From Pirellulales bacterium (lineage in GTDB: Bacteria > Planctomycetota > Planctomycetia > Pirellulales > UBA1268): 64,000 nt of DNA. Below, in pieces: positions 10,951 to 23,479 of this stretch. Each line of letters begins with the position of its first letter. Position 1 is the first letter of the stretch. The stretch is taken from NCBI GenBank assembly GCA_044369655.1, contig JBILWX010000002.1, positions 8,047-72,046 of the forward strand, in the 5' to 3' direction. The translations under genes and the position numbers were made by a program. The notes under the pieces were generated by a model. It worked only from the letters and a program-made list of their open reading frames with translations. It ran no database searches and was not told the origin of the DNA.

Positions 10951-12006
10951 ATGCGAACACCGATCGATTCTCTCTCGCGCCGTCGTTTCCTCGCCGGCGC
11001 GGTCGGCGCCACGGCGGCCGGCCTGACCATGCCCGCCACCTCCGCCCGGGTGCTCGCGGACGAGCCGAAGTCGGTCGCCGCGCGGGCGACCGGAGGAGCT
11101 CTCGACACGGAAACATCCTCCGAGACCCTCGCCGGGATGCTCCATGCCTCGCTCTCGCCAAAGCAACGGGAAAAGGTCTGCTTTCACTGGGATCACGTGC
11201 ATCCGAAATTTGGCCTGCTGCGGACCCGCGTGGCCAACAACTGGAACGCCACCGAGCCCGACGTGGCGGGCGACTTTTTCACCGGTGACCAGCGGCGGCT
11301 GATCCGCGACATTTTCGAGCAGCTCATCGCCCCCGAATGGCATGCCCGGTTCGACAAGCAGCTCGAGGACGACACGGGCGGCTTCGGGCATGGCCAGTCG
11401 ATCGCCCTGATCGGCGAGCCCGGTTCAGGACGGTTCCAGTTTCTGCTCACCGGCCGGCACATGACGCTGCGGTGCGACGGCGACTCGGCCGAGCACGTCG
11501 CCTTCGGCGGGCCGATCTTCTATGGCCACGATGCCGGAGGAGACACGGAGGAGCCCAACCATCCCGGCAACGTCTTCTGGTCGCAGGCCGTGGCGGCCAA
11601 CGGCGTGTTCGACATGCTCGACGGCCGGCAGCGTTCCCAGGCCCTCGTCGACACGCTGCCCCGCGAGAATGCGGTCGCCTTCCGGGGCCGCGGCACCGCG
11701 TTGCCCGGCATCGCGATTCCAGACCTCTCCGCAGACCAGCGGGCCGAAATGGAGCGGGTGCTCGGCCTGCTCCTCGAGCCGTTTCGCACCGCCGACCGGG
11801 CTGAGGCGCGGAAATGCCTCGACGCGCAAGGAGGCCTCGACGCGTGTCGGCTGGCCTTCTACCGGCAGGGCGACCTCGGCAAGGATGGCGTTTGGGATTG
11901 CTGGCGGCTCGAGGGGCCGTCGTTCGTCTGGCACTTCCGCGGCGCGCCCCACGTGCATGTCTGGGTGAACATCGCCGACACTGCCGATATCGCCACCAAC
12001 GCCTGA
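10951..12006 (+). CDS. Tat-exported DUF3500-like protein
   Basis: SRRRFL Tat signal, LTGRHMTLR, FGGPIFYG, WRLEGPSF and PHVHVW. GGAGG RBS before ATG 10951. Confidence 0.75.
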   Translation: MRTPIDSLSRRRFLAGAVGATAAGLTMPATSARVLADEPKSVAARATGGALDTETSSETLAGMLHASLSPKQREKVCFHWDHVHPKFGLLRTRVANNWNATEPDVAGDFFTGDQRRLIRDIFEQLIAPEWHARFDKQLEDDTGGFGHGQSIALIGEPGSGRFQFLLTGRHMTLRCDGDSAEHVAFGGPIFYGHDAGGDTEEPNHPGNVFWSQAVAANGVFDMLDGRQRSQALVDTLPRENAVAFRGRGTALPGIAIPDLSADQRAEMERVLGLLLEPFRTADRAEARKCLDAQGGLDACRLAFYRQGDLGKDGVWDCWRLEGPSFVWHFRGAPHVHVWVNIADTADIATNA

Positions 12007-12053
12007 CGGCTCCCGGAATCCCCTGGATCCTGCACCCTGGAAACCGCTCCGGC

Positions 12054-13253
12054 ATGACAGACTGCTGCATCATCGGCGGGGGCATCATCGGCCTGTCGAT
12101 CGCCCGCGAACTCGCCGGCCGCGGGCTCTCGGTTCGGATGCTCGCCCGGGATGCGAGCCGCGACACCGCCTCCTGGGCGGCGGCGGGTATTTTTCCGCCG
12201 GCGCCGGACTCGGCCACCGCCTCGGCGAATGACCGGCTGACGGCCTATGCCGACCGGCTCCACCGGACATGGGCCGACGAACTCCTTGCCGAGACCGGCA
12301 TCGACAACGAACTGGGGCAGTGCGGCGGCCTCCATCTGGCCGGAGACGAACGGAGCACGGACCGGCTTCGCGAGGCACGAGGCTCCTGGCTCGCCAAGGG
12401 AGCCCGCTGCGACTGGCTCACGGCCCGCGACGTGGCCGCGCACGAGCCGGCTCTGCGGGCCGCGGTCGAACAGGGCCGCATCGCGGCCGGCCTTCTCCTG
12501 CCCGAGGAAATGAGGATCCGTCCGCCCCGGCACCTGGAGGCGCTTCATCGGTCGTGCCGCATGCGGGGCGTGGACATCATGCCGGCCGCCGATGTGCGGG
12601 CGATCGACGTGGCGAACGGCCGGATCGAGGGCATCCGCATCGCCCGCGGCGAGGGCGGGACGGCGATCGACACGGTGCGGGCCGACCGCTACTGCCTCGC
12701 GGCCGGCGCATGGTCGGGGCAGCTCGCTGGACCGCTCGGCCTGCAGATCGAGACGCGGCCGATCCGTGGACAGATCGCGCTGCTGCGTCTGCCAGAGCAA
12801 GTGCTCTCGCGGGTGGTGAACGTCGGCCTCGAATATCTCGTGCCGCGAGCGGATGGCCGGCTGCTGGTCGGCTCGACCATCGAGGACGCGGGCTTCGAGA
12901 AGATCACGACGCCACGGACGATCGAACGGCTGATCGCGTTCGCCCAGCGACTCCTCGGGCCGCTGCCGCAGGCCACGCTCGAGCAGTCGTGGGCCGGACT
13001 CCGGCCGGGCTCCGTCGACGGCTGCCCCTTCATCGGCACCACGCCAGCCTGCAGCAACGCCTTCATCGCGGCGGGGCATTTTCGCGCCGGGCTGCATCAG
13101 TCGACCGGGACGGCGGTCATGCTCGCCGACCTCATGACCGGCCGGACGCCGGCGCTCGATCCCGCGCCGTTCGCACCAGGCCGCCGGCCCGGCGACGCCT
13201 CACCCGATTCGGTGCAGGCCTATCTCGCGAGGGCGGCCGAAGCGTCGTGGTGA
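12054..13253 (+). CDS. thiO: Glycine oxidase ThiO-like FAD-dependent oxidoreductase
   Basis: Motifs IIGGGIIG, ASWAAAG, PIRGQ, YLVPRADG, WAGLRP and GHFRAG. Confidence 0.8.
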   Translation: MTDCCIIGGGIIGLSIARELAGRGLSVRMLARDASRDTASWAAAGIFPPAPDSATASANDRLTAYADRLHRTWADELLAETGIDNELGQCGGLHLAGDERSTDRLREARGSWLAKGARCDWLTARDVAAHEPALRAAVEQGRIAAGLLLPEEMRIRPPRHLEALHRSCRMRGVDIMPAADVRAIDVANGRIEGIRIARGEGGTAIDTVRADRYCLAAGAWSGQLAGPLGLQIETRPIRGQIALLRLPEQVLSRVVNVGLEYLVPRADGRLLVGSTIEDAGFEKITTPRTIERLIAFAQRLLGPLPQATLEQSWAGLRPGSVDGCPFIGTTPACSNAFIAAGHFRAGLHQSTGTAVMLADLMTGRTPALDPAPFAPGRRPGDASPDSVQAYLARAAEASW

Positions 13254-13279
13254 ACGCTGCCGGCTGCGAGCGGCCCCGC

Positions 13280-13999
13280 TCATGCGGCGGTCACACAGAG
13301 CCGTCGGTGGATCGTCTCGACGTCGTCCGCGGTCAGGCGACGACGCGGATCGGCGGCGGCGAGCATGGCGGTCATCTCGGCCAGCCGCAACGAGACCGCA
13401 GGCACCCCGCCCGCGATCTCGTGGATCGTCCGGATCACGGCATCGCCATCCGTCGCGGCGGCGTGAACCGCCAGCGGAGCGGCGAGCAGCCGACGTGACT
13501 CGGCCAGCGTGAACGGGGGCAAGGTCGCCCGCAGCCGCACCGCTTGTTCGAGCCTTGCATCGCTGGCCACGAGTGTCAGCAGCCGGCCTGCTCCCGTGAG
13601 CACGATCCCCATGCCGTCGTGCCGCCTCCGGCACCGCTCCACGAACTCGACCAACTCGTGTGCCACGGCCCGATCCGCCTCATCGACGAGCAGGACGGCG
13701 GGCACGGATTCGTCGCCACTCGCGGCTGCGGGACCGCGCTCGGCAACCAGCCCCCCGAGACCGGCCCGGAGATCCGACCAGCAGACAAGCCGAACGGACT
13801 GGCCCAGCGGCAGCCCATCGGCGGCGATGGCGTTGAGCACCGTCGTCTTGCCCACGCCGGCCGGCCCGCAGAGGAGCGTGACCGCGGCGGGTTGCCCCGC
13901 CGCGTAGGACAGCTTCGCCACCGCGGCCGCCTGCGGTCCGGTGAGGGGACGGCGATGCTGCGAGGGCGGCGACGATACGACCGGTGGTGACATGGTCAT
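13280..13999 (-). CDS. ExeA-like AAA ATPase (short)
   Basis: Walker A GPAGVGKTT, Walker B LLVDEA and IHEIAGGVP. ATG overlaps the upstream stop (ATGA). Confidence 0.8.
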   Translation of the reverse strand: MTMSPPVVSSPPSQHRRPLTGPQAAAVAKLSYAAGQPAAVTLLCGPAGVGKTTVLNAIAADGLPLGQSVRLVCWSDLRAGLGGLVAERGPAAASGDESVPAVLLVDEADRAVAHELVEFVERCRRRHDGMGIVLTGAGRLLTLVASDARLEQAVRLRATLPPFTLAESRRLLAAPLAVHAAATDGDAVIRTIHEIAGGVPAVSLRLAEMTAMLAAADPRRRLTADDVETIHRRLCVTAA

Positions 14000-14742
14000 T
14001 CCCCAAGGTGCCGCTGCATGCCGCGCGAGACCGGCGGTGTCATCGGTGTCATGGTGAGCACTTCCCCAAGCACGGTCAGGCCGACGGCCTCCAGCGCCGC
14101 ACCGCGGGCCGCGCACTCCGGCTGATCCGCACGGCGGACGAGGATGGCGGCATGGCAGCCGAGGCTCTGCCGCTCGAGCCACGCCCGCCGCAGCGGCCCC
14201 CCCGGAAACCAGACGCCCGCATCGACGAGCACGATGCCGCCACCGTGACGGCCATTGCGACCGGGCATCGCCAGCGTCAGGGGGACGCGGTCATGGCACT
14301 CGACAGGCTGCCCACGGGCCGCGAGCGCCCGCGCCAGGCATGCGACCACCGTGGTGCGACCTTCGCCTCGTCGTGCGCCGGTAATCGCGATCACCTCGGC
14401 GCCGTCACGGCGGGCATCCTCCACCCGCGTGGCCAGATGATTCCAGGCGTCGGGCGTGGCCCGCAACAGCCTGTCGACCAGCGTGCCTGCGTCGGCGGCG
14501 AGGATCGGCACCGGCGCGGGCTCCGGGACGGCGGCGCTGTCCGCGACGGATACCGCGGCCGACGATGCCCAGGCGTGTGCTGCGTCCCGGCTGAACGGCT
14601 CTTCCGGGCAGGTCGGTTGTTGGCTCTCGGGCTGTGTCGCCAACCGCGCTCTCACGGGCTGCGGCAGCCGGTGACGCGCCTGATCGGCGTGCCAGAGAAA
14701 GGCGCGATCGACCGCGTCGAGGGTGGACGTATCGAGTGTCAT
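13996..14742 (-). CDS. MinD/CpsD-CapB-like P-loop protein, degenerate
   Basis: VIAITGARRGEGRTTVVACLARALAARG, VLVDAG and LGEVLT. ATGA overlaps on both sides. Confidence 0.7.
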   Translation of the reverse strand: MTLDTSTLDAVDRAFLWHADQARHRLPQPVRARLATQPESQQPTCPEEPFSRDAAHAWASSAAVSVADSAAVPEPAPVPILAADAGTLVDRLLRATPDAWNHLATRVEDARRDGAEVIAITGARRGEGRTTVVACLARALAARGQPVECHDRVPLTLAMPGRNGRHGGGIVLVDAGVWFPGGPLRRAWLERQSLGCHAAILVRRADQPECAARGAALEAVGLTVLGEVLTMTPMTPPVSRGMQRHLGE

Positions 14743-15140
14743 GGCGTCCGGCTTCGCTCCACGCCGGCAGTCGCAGGCAGTTCCTGCGCCAGCCGTTCAG
14801 GCCGCTGCTGCCGCCCCGCTTCCCAGCGGAGCCGATCGTTACGCCAGGCCGCGGCCCAGACTGCCGCCGCCACGGCCGCCAAGACGACGATGGAGCCACC
14901 GGGAAACCGGGCAGGTTTTCGCCGCCGATCCGAACGTCGGCGGGGAGAACATCCGGCAGATACGCCAGGCAGGGGTTCGGGCGGTGACGAAACCAGGGCC
15001 TCCGGGAGCGATACCGCGGAGACCTGGCTTCGGCACGGGGAATCGACAGTCTCGGCCTGGCACGAGGCCTCGATGCCTTCCTCCGCCGTCACCGGGACCG
15101 CCGGGCAGGGGAGGAACGGAATGCGCGCTAGAACGTCCAT
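14739..15140 (-). CDS. Hypothetical single-TM protein
   Basis: One hydrophobic segment (SIVVLAAVAAAVWAAAW). Stop overlaps the next start. Confidence 0.55.
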   Translation of the reverse strand: MDVLARIPFLPCPAVPVTAEEGIEASCQAETVDSPCRSQVSAVSLPEALVSSPPEPLPGVSAGCSPRRRSDRRRKPARFPGGSIVVLAAVAAAVWAAAWRNDRLRWEAGRQQRPERLAQELPATAGVERSRTP

Positions 15141-15417
15141 GGAGACCGCTTGCCCTGACCTTCCCCGAACCCCACCAGAGCATCGTCGCCGGCATGCACG
15201 GCCCTTGAGCGGCCCGTCCCACCGGTGGACGCCGCCCCCGTGGCGGCATGTTTTGCAGGATCACGGCCCCCACCCCCTGCGCAGTGCGCCCCAACCGCCC
15301 AATCGTCTATCATCAGGGCACGACGTCTTGTCCAGCTGGGAAGGATTTGCCGAAACTGGTGATGCCTTCCCCGGAAACTGCCTTTTCGACTGAAACAACC
15401 GAGCAATACCACCCCTG

Positions 15418-19116
<3,699 letters not shown>

Positions 19117-19130
19117 GTCGTTGACGCCCC

Positions 19131-20174
19131 ATGCCACCGAACGAGACGCGCGGGACCGCGAACGAAAAACCGGGCCGCCGTCCCCGGCGCGTCATTCTCG
19201 ACACCGGCCCGGCCGCGACGGAGGAGGGGGGATCGGCGGCCATGCTCGTGGGCCGGTTCCTGGAATACATCCGGCACGAGCGGGCACTTTCCGCCAACAC
19301 GCAGGAGGCCTACCGGAGGGATCTGCGGGATTTTGTCTCCTGGCTGGCGGCCCGCAACCTGGCCAGGCTCTCGGTGCGGGATCTGGGCGACTATCTCGCG
19401 GCCCTCGACAGGCGGGGCCTGGCCCGGGCGAGCGTGGCCCGCCAGGCGGCGACCCTGCGGACGTTGTATGCGTTTCTGCAACTCGAGGGGGTGGTGCGGG
19501 AAAGCCCGGCCGAATTGCTCACGGCTGGCCGCCGTGCGGACGTCATCCCCGGCACCCTCTCTCCGGCCCAGGTCGACCGGCTGCTCGAGAGCCCCGAGAC
19601 CACCACACCTTCCGGCCGGCGTGACAAGGCGCTGCTGGAACTGCTCTACGCGACGGGGTGCCGGGCGTCGGAGGTGTCGGCCCTGCGGCTGACCGATGTC
19701 CATCTGGCCGAAAGCTTCTGCACCTGCCGTGGCAAGGGCAACAAGGAGCGGGTCGTGCCGCTGGGCAGGCGGGCCATCGCGGCCCTGCGGGCGTGGATCG
19801 ACGGCACCCGCCCTGGTTTCGCCGCCCGCGCGGGTTTCGCCGCCCGCGCGGGTTTCGCCGCCCGCGCAGGTTTCGCCGCCCGCGCAGGGGCGGCCCCCGC
19901 CTGGGTGATCCTTTCCTCGCGTGGCAACCGGCTGTCGCGGATGCGGATTTGGGAGATCGTGCGATTCCATGCCGACAAGGCGGGCGTGCCTCCCGACATC
20001 GGCCCACACACGCTCCGGCACAGCTTTGCCACGCACCTCGTGGCCGGCGGCGTCGACCTGCGGCACGTCCAGGAAATGCTCGGTCACGCCAGTATCGCGA
20101 CGACGCAGCGGTACACGCACGTCGACGCCAGCCGGCTCAGAAGCGTGCACGAAAAGTTCCACCCGCGAAGGTGA
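19131..20174 (+). CDS. xerD: Site-specific tyrosine recombinase XerD (XerC/D family)
   Basis: LYATGCRASE, GKGNKERVVP, HTLRHSFATHL and LGHASIATTQRYTHV. Catalytic R-K-H-R-H-Y set intact. Confidence 0.88.
   Translation: MPPNETRGTANEKPGRRPRRVILDTGPAATEEGGSAAMLVGRFLEYIRHERALSANTQEAYRRDLRDFVSWLAARNLARLSVRDLGDYLAALDRRGLARASVARQAATLRTLYAFLQLEGVVRESPAELLTAGRRADVIPGTLSPAQVDRLLESPETTTPSGRRDKALLELLYATGCRASEVSALRLTDVHLAESFCTCRGKGNKERVVPLGRRAIAALRAWIDGTRPGFAARAGFAARAGFAARAGFAARAGAAPAWVILSSRGNRLSRMRIWEIVRFHADKAGVPPDIGPHTLRHSFATHLVAGGVDLRHVQEMLGHASIATTQRYTHVDASRLRSVHEKFHPRR
19815..19886. repeat. In-frame 18-bp tandem repeat x4 inside xerD
   Basis: (ggtttcgccgcccgcgc[g/a])4, encoding (GFAARA)4. Confidence 0.95.
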
Positions 20175-20253
20175 CGGGCGGTTGCCTGTCTGCATCATGC
20201 CCGCCGCAGGTGGGCATGTCGGCCGCGTCGCGATAGGGGGCGGCCCGCATGTT

Positions 20254-20279
20254 CCCTTGCTTGCGCTGCGGGCTTGGAT
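20254..20279. repeat. REP-like intergenic repeat, copy 2
   Basis: cccttgcttgcgctgcgggcttggat, followed by degenerate gcgggct(t)ggatg sub-repeats. Lies between convergent xerD and exbD. Confidence 0.75.
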
Positions 20280-20330
20280 GAAGGCGGGCTGGATGGAGGC
20301 GGGCGTTCGATGAAGACGGGCTGGGATGGC

Positions 20331-20816
20331 CTATCGGCCAGCCTTGGGCGGCGTGAACTTGATCTTCTTGATCAGTTCGACGATCTGACCGTCACTGACG
20401 GTGCCCGAAACGGCGGTGATCGCCCGGACGACATTCGAGTACCTGAGGCCGTAGTCGCAGTCGAGCTCCACCTCGGTCTTGTCCGCCAGCGAGTTCGGCC
20501 CACGCCCTGTCCCCACCAGCGACACCACCTTCTTCTGCAGATCGTTGAAATCGATCACCGGGTTGCCGTTCATCGCGATGCTCGACAGCGACCCATCCGG
20601 GCCGGCCGACAGCTTCACCCGGATCGGAGGCACCTGCTGATCGTCGACCGCGGCGCTGGCCGACTTCCCCAGCGGCATCCTGATGTCGAAATCCCCTTCG
20701 GGGGCCACCACCTTGAGCGTGCACATGAAGAACGACATGAGCTGAAACACGACGTCGATCATCGGCGTCATGTCGATCGCGATCTTGTCGCCGAGCGATG
20801 ACTCACGTTTGGCCAT
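20331..20816 (-). CDS. ExbD/TolR family biopolymer transport protein
   Basis: DMTPMIDVVFQLMSFF transmembrane motif with the conserved Asp. Confidence 0.9.
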   Translation of the reverse strand: MAKRESSLGDKIAIDMTPMIDVVFQLMSFFMCTLKVVAPEGDFDIRMPLGKSASAAVDDQQVPPIRVKLSAGPDGSLSSIAMNGNPVIDFNDLQKKVVSLVGTGRGPNSLADKTEVELDCDYGLRYSNVVRAITAVSGTVSDGQIVELIKKIKFTPPKAGR

Positions 20817-20819
20817 GGA

Positions 20820-21263
20820 TCACCGTCCCTCGTCGTACTGGGCCCGGAGGGCGAACTTCTCGAAACCCTTTTCCTGGCAGCGCCGGATGATCTCCTGCAC
20901 CTCGCCCGTCTTGGACCGGCCATCAGCCCGCACGATCACGGTCGCCGCATTCGGCTCCTTGCCGGCGTCCAGCATGACCGTCTTTTCCCGGTCGAGGTAG
21001 AGGCCGATGTCGGCCACAGGAACCATTTCGCCGGCGTAAATGATCGAGCCGTCGTTGGTGAGCTGCAGGGTGATGGGCGTCTCCATGGCTCCTTCGACAG
21101 GCTTCGCCAGTTGGCTGAGCGGCAACTGGATACGGTCATCCTGTTCGGCCTCCGAGAAATTCATCACGAACATGAAGAACGTGATCAACTGAAACGTCAT
21201 GTCGATCATCGGCGTCATGTCGATGTCGGTATTCGACGGCCCACCGCCGCTTTTACGTGCCAT
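20820..21263 (-). CDS. ExbD/TolR family biopolymer transport protein
   Basis: DMTPMIDMTFQLITFF and VIVRAD. Confidence 0.92.
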   Translation of the reverse strand: MARKSGGGPSNTDIDMTPMIDMTFQLITFFMFVMNFSEAEQDDRIQLPLSQLAKPVEGAMETPITLQLTNDGSIIYAGEMVPVADIGLYLDREKTVMLDAGKEPNAATVIVRADGRSKTGEVQEIIRRCQEKGFEKFALRAQYDEGR

Positions 21264-21269
21264 GGCGGA

Positions 21270-22103
21270 TCACTTCTTGCCCATGTTCTGGAACCGCGAC
21301 ATCAGCCGCATCGCCTCCACGTCGACGTCGCCCGTCAGCTTCTGGAGCCAGTTTTTGAACATGGCGAAGCAGGCGATGGCAGGAATGGCGAGCCACAAAC
21401 CGATGAGCGTCGTGATGAGTGCCTGCGAGATACCGATCGCCAACTGCGAGGGCTTCGGAGCCGTCTCCGACTTGGCGATGATCATGAAGCTGGCCACCAT
21501 CCCGTCGACCGTGCCGAGGAGGCCGAACATCGGGGCCAGACCGCCTACCAGCGACACGTAGCTGATCTTGTGCTCCAGCTTCATGGCCTGCTCTCCCTCC
21601 TCTTCCTGCATCGCCTCGACGGCGGCGCCGTAGCCCGACTGCAGCTTGCCCATACCGGCCGCCAGCACATGGCCCAGATAGGAATCATCCGCCTTGGCCA
21701 TCTCGTAGGCCTGCTGATACTCCTTGTTTTCGAGATGCGCCTCGAACGCCTGACTGAGGCCCGCCGGCATCAGGACCGCTCTGCGGATCTGCATGAAACA
21801 CATCACGAGCAGGGCCACGAGTCCGAACGACAACGCCAAAAAGACGATCACGTACCGCAGGCCAAGGGCGTTGTAATAGAAGACGAGCATGTTCTCGCCC
21901 TCCGGTTGCTCTTCCGCGGCGGCTTCATCGGCGACCTCGCCGGCATCCTCCTCCTGGGCACATGCCGGCTGCGGGCAGGCGACCATCGGCGCGACGGCCG
22001 CAAGGCCCCAAGGCATCACCGAGGCGATGAGCAGCAGGCAGCGACCGATCACTGGAACGAGTCCGGTCAGAAACAATCCGTCCAGGCTTCGGCGCCCTCT
22101 CAT
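21270..22103 (-). CDS. MotA/TolQ/ExbB proton channel family protein
   Basis: APMFGLLGTVDGM and GISQALITTLIGLWLAIPA. N-terminal signal-like extension. Confidence 0.92.
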   Translation of the reverse strand: MRGRRSLDGLFLTGLVPVIGRCLLLIASVMPWGLAAVAPMVACPQPACAQEEDAGEVADEAAAEEQPEGENMLVFYYNALGLRYVIVFLALSFGLVALLVMCFMQIRRAVLMPAGLSQAFEAHLENKEYQQAYEMAKADDSYLGHVLAAGMGKLQSGYGAAVEAMQEEEGEQAMKLEHKISYVSLVGGLAPMFGLLGTVDGMVASFMIIAKSETAPKPSQLAIGISQALITTLIGLWLAIPAIACFAMFKNWLQKLTGDVDVEAMRLMSRFQNMGKK

Positions 22104-22217
22104 ATTGATACCGCACTCCATGAATTATCTCCTCGGGAAGAAACCGTTTCCGTGCCACAGACTAGCCTCGCAGCCCTGGTCACTGCAAAGCCCGTCGCCA
22201 TTTTTACCACTCGTCGG

Positions 22218-23378
22218 CTACTTGGCCGCTTCCAGTTTGGCAGCCCAAGGGCTGTTCGAATAGAGCGTCTTGAGGCTCTGCCTCGCCTCGCCCGCCCGCT
22301 CCGGATTGTTTCCCTTCTCCCAGAGCTCCCCAAGATTGAACAGCGCCTCGGCATGGCTCTCGGGCAGGGTGTTGTAGACCAGATCGACCGTGATGAATTG
22401 GATCAGAGCGTCTTGTTCCTTGCCCCCCATGGCCCGGTAGGCAGACCCCAGCACGTTGTAGGCCCGGGAAAGCAGCTCCTTTTCCTCAGGGTTCGAATCC
22501 TTGACGATCTGGGACACCATCCCGATGGCCTCGTCGTGCTTTCCCTGCAACGACAGGCACTTGGCTTTGCCCAGCCCGGCGGCGAGCTTCTGCGGCAGGC
22601 TGGTCTTGTCGTTGCCGGCAAGGCCGATCGCGACATCGTATTCGGCGAGCGCCTCGTCGGCCTTGCCCTGCGCCAGCAGCATGCCCGCCTTCGCCGCCGC
22701 CGCCCGCACCTTCAGGGCAGCGGGGCCGTCATCGAGGAGTTTGTAAGCCGCCAGAGCATCCTCGGGCCGGCCCGACCTGGCGTGGATGTCACCCAACAGC
22801 TCCTGCATCTGGAAGAAGTGGTGGCTCTTCGGGTGCTTCGCGAGGTAGGCGGACACGGTCTTGGCCACCCCGGCCAGATCGCCCCCGGCGTCGAGCGCGG
22901 CCCGGCCCGCGGCAGCCGCTTTGACATAATCGACCTCGGCCAGCACCAGCGGCTCGGCCCCTTCGAGTTCATTTGGTTCGATCTTGCCGACCTCGTTCAG
23001 GGCATCGGCACCACGGCCCCGGAGAAGCATGGAACGGGCATTTTTCAACGACTGCGGCTCTGCTCCGAACTGCACGTCGCGAACCGTTTCAATGGCGACC
23101 TTCTGCGTCGCGCCGTCGCCTCCCTCCACTTCGACGGCAAGCGGCGACACCTCGAGCACCCTGCCGGACACGCCCGGGCTCCCGATGACAGTGACCCTGT
23201 CCACCGCCTGCGCCCAGGCCGGCTGCGACATGATCGCCGCCAATGACAGGACGAGGATCGCCAGGCAACTGGACGCAGCCTGGCAAACACGCCGCCACAA
23301 GCCGACCGCAGTCGCTGCTTCGCTGCCGACGATCGCACTCCAACCCGAAACATTCTTCATGGTCATGCTGGTGTTCAT
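22218..23378 (-). CDS. Exported TPR-like helical repeat protein
   Basis: Signal-like LAILVLSLAAIMSQPAWA, TPR-like motifs (AYNVLGSAY, AEALFNLGELW) and LYSNSPWA end. Start uncertain (ORF extends to 23483). Confidence 0.8.
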   Translation of the reverse strand: MNTSMTMKNVSGWSAIVGSEAATAVGLWRRVCQAASSCLAILVLSLAAIMSQPAWAQAVDRVTVIGSPGVSGRVLEVSPLAVEVEGGDGATQKVAIETVRDVQFGAEPQSLKNARSMLLRGRGADALNEVGKIEPNELEGAEPLVLAEVDYVKAAAAGRAALDAGGDLAGVAKTVSAYLAKHPKSHHFFQMQELLGDIHARSGRPEDALAAYKLLDDGPAALKVRAAAAKAGMLLAQGKADEALAEYDVAIGLAGNDKTSLPQKLAAGLGKAKCLSLQGKHDEAIGMVSQIVKDSNPEEKELLSRAYNVLGSAYRAMGGKEQDALIQFITVDLVYNTLPESHAEALFNLGELWEKGNNPERAGEARQSLKTLYSNSPWAAKLEAAK

Positions 23379-23479
23379 GCTTGCCCTGGCCTTGCTCTTG
23401 TTGTGCTGGCGATTCCGCCGGTCATTCCGCTGGTTTGTCGCGTATCGCGATGCCTCACGTATCCACGGTCTGCAAACGA

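Noticed and set aside
15141-15417. SAM or cobalamin riboswitch upstream of metH
   Set aside because: A hairpin (gggaagg...ccttccc) is present, but I could not find SAM-I or B12-box consensus elements.
19131-20174. Tyrosine recombinase as the integrase of a mobile element
   Set aside because: The sequence is XerD-like, it directly follows metH, and there are no att repeats, cargo genes or composition shift.
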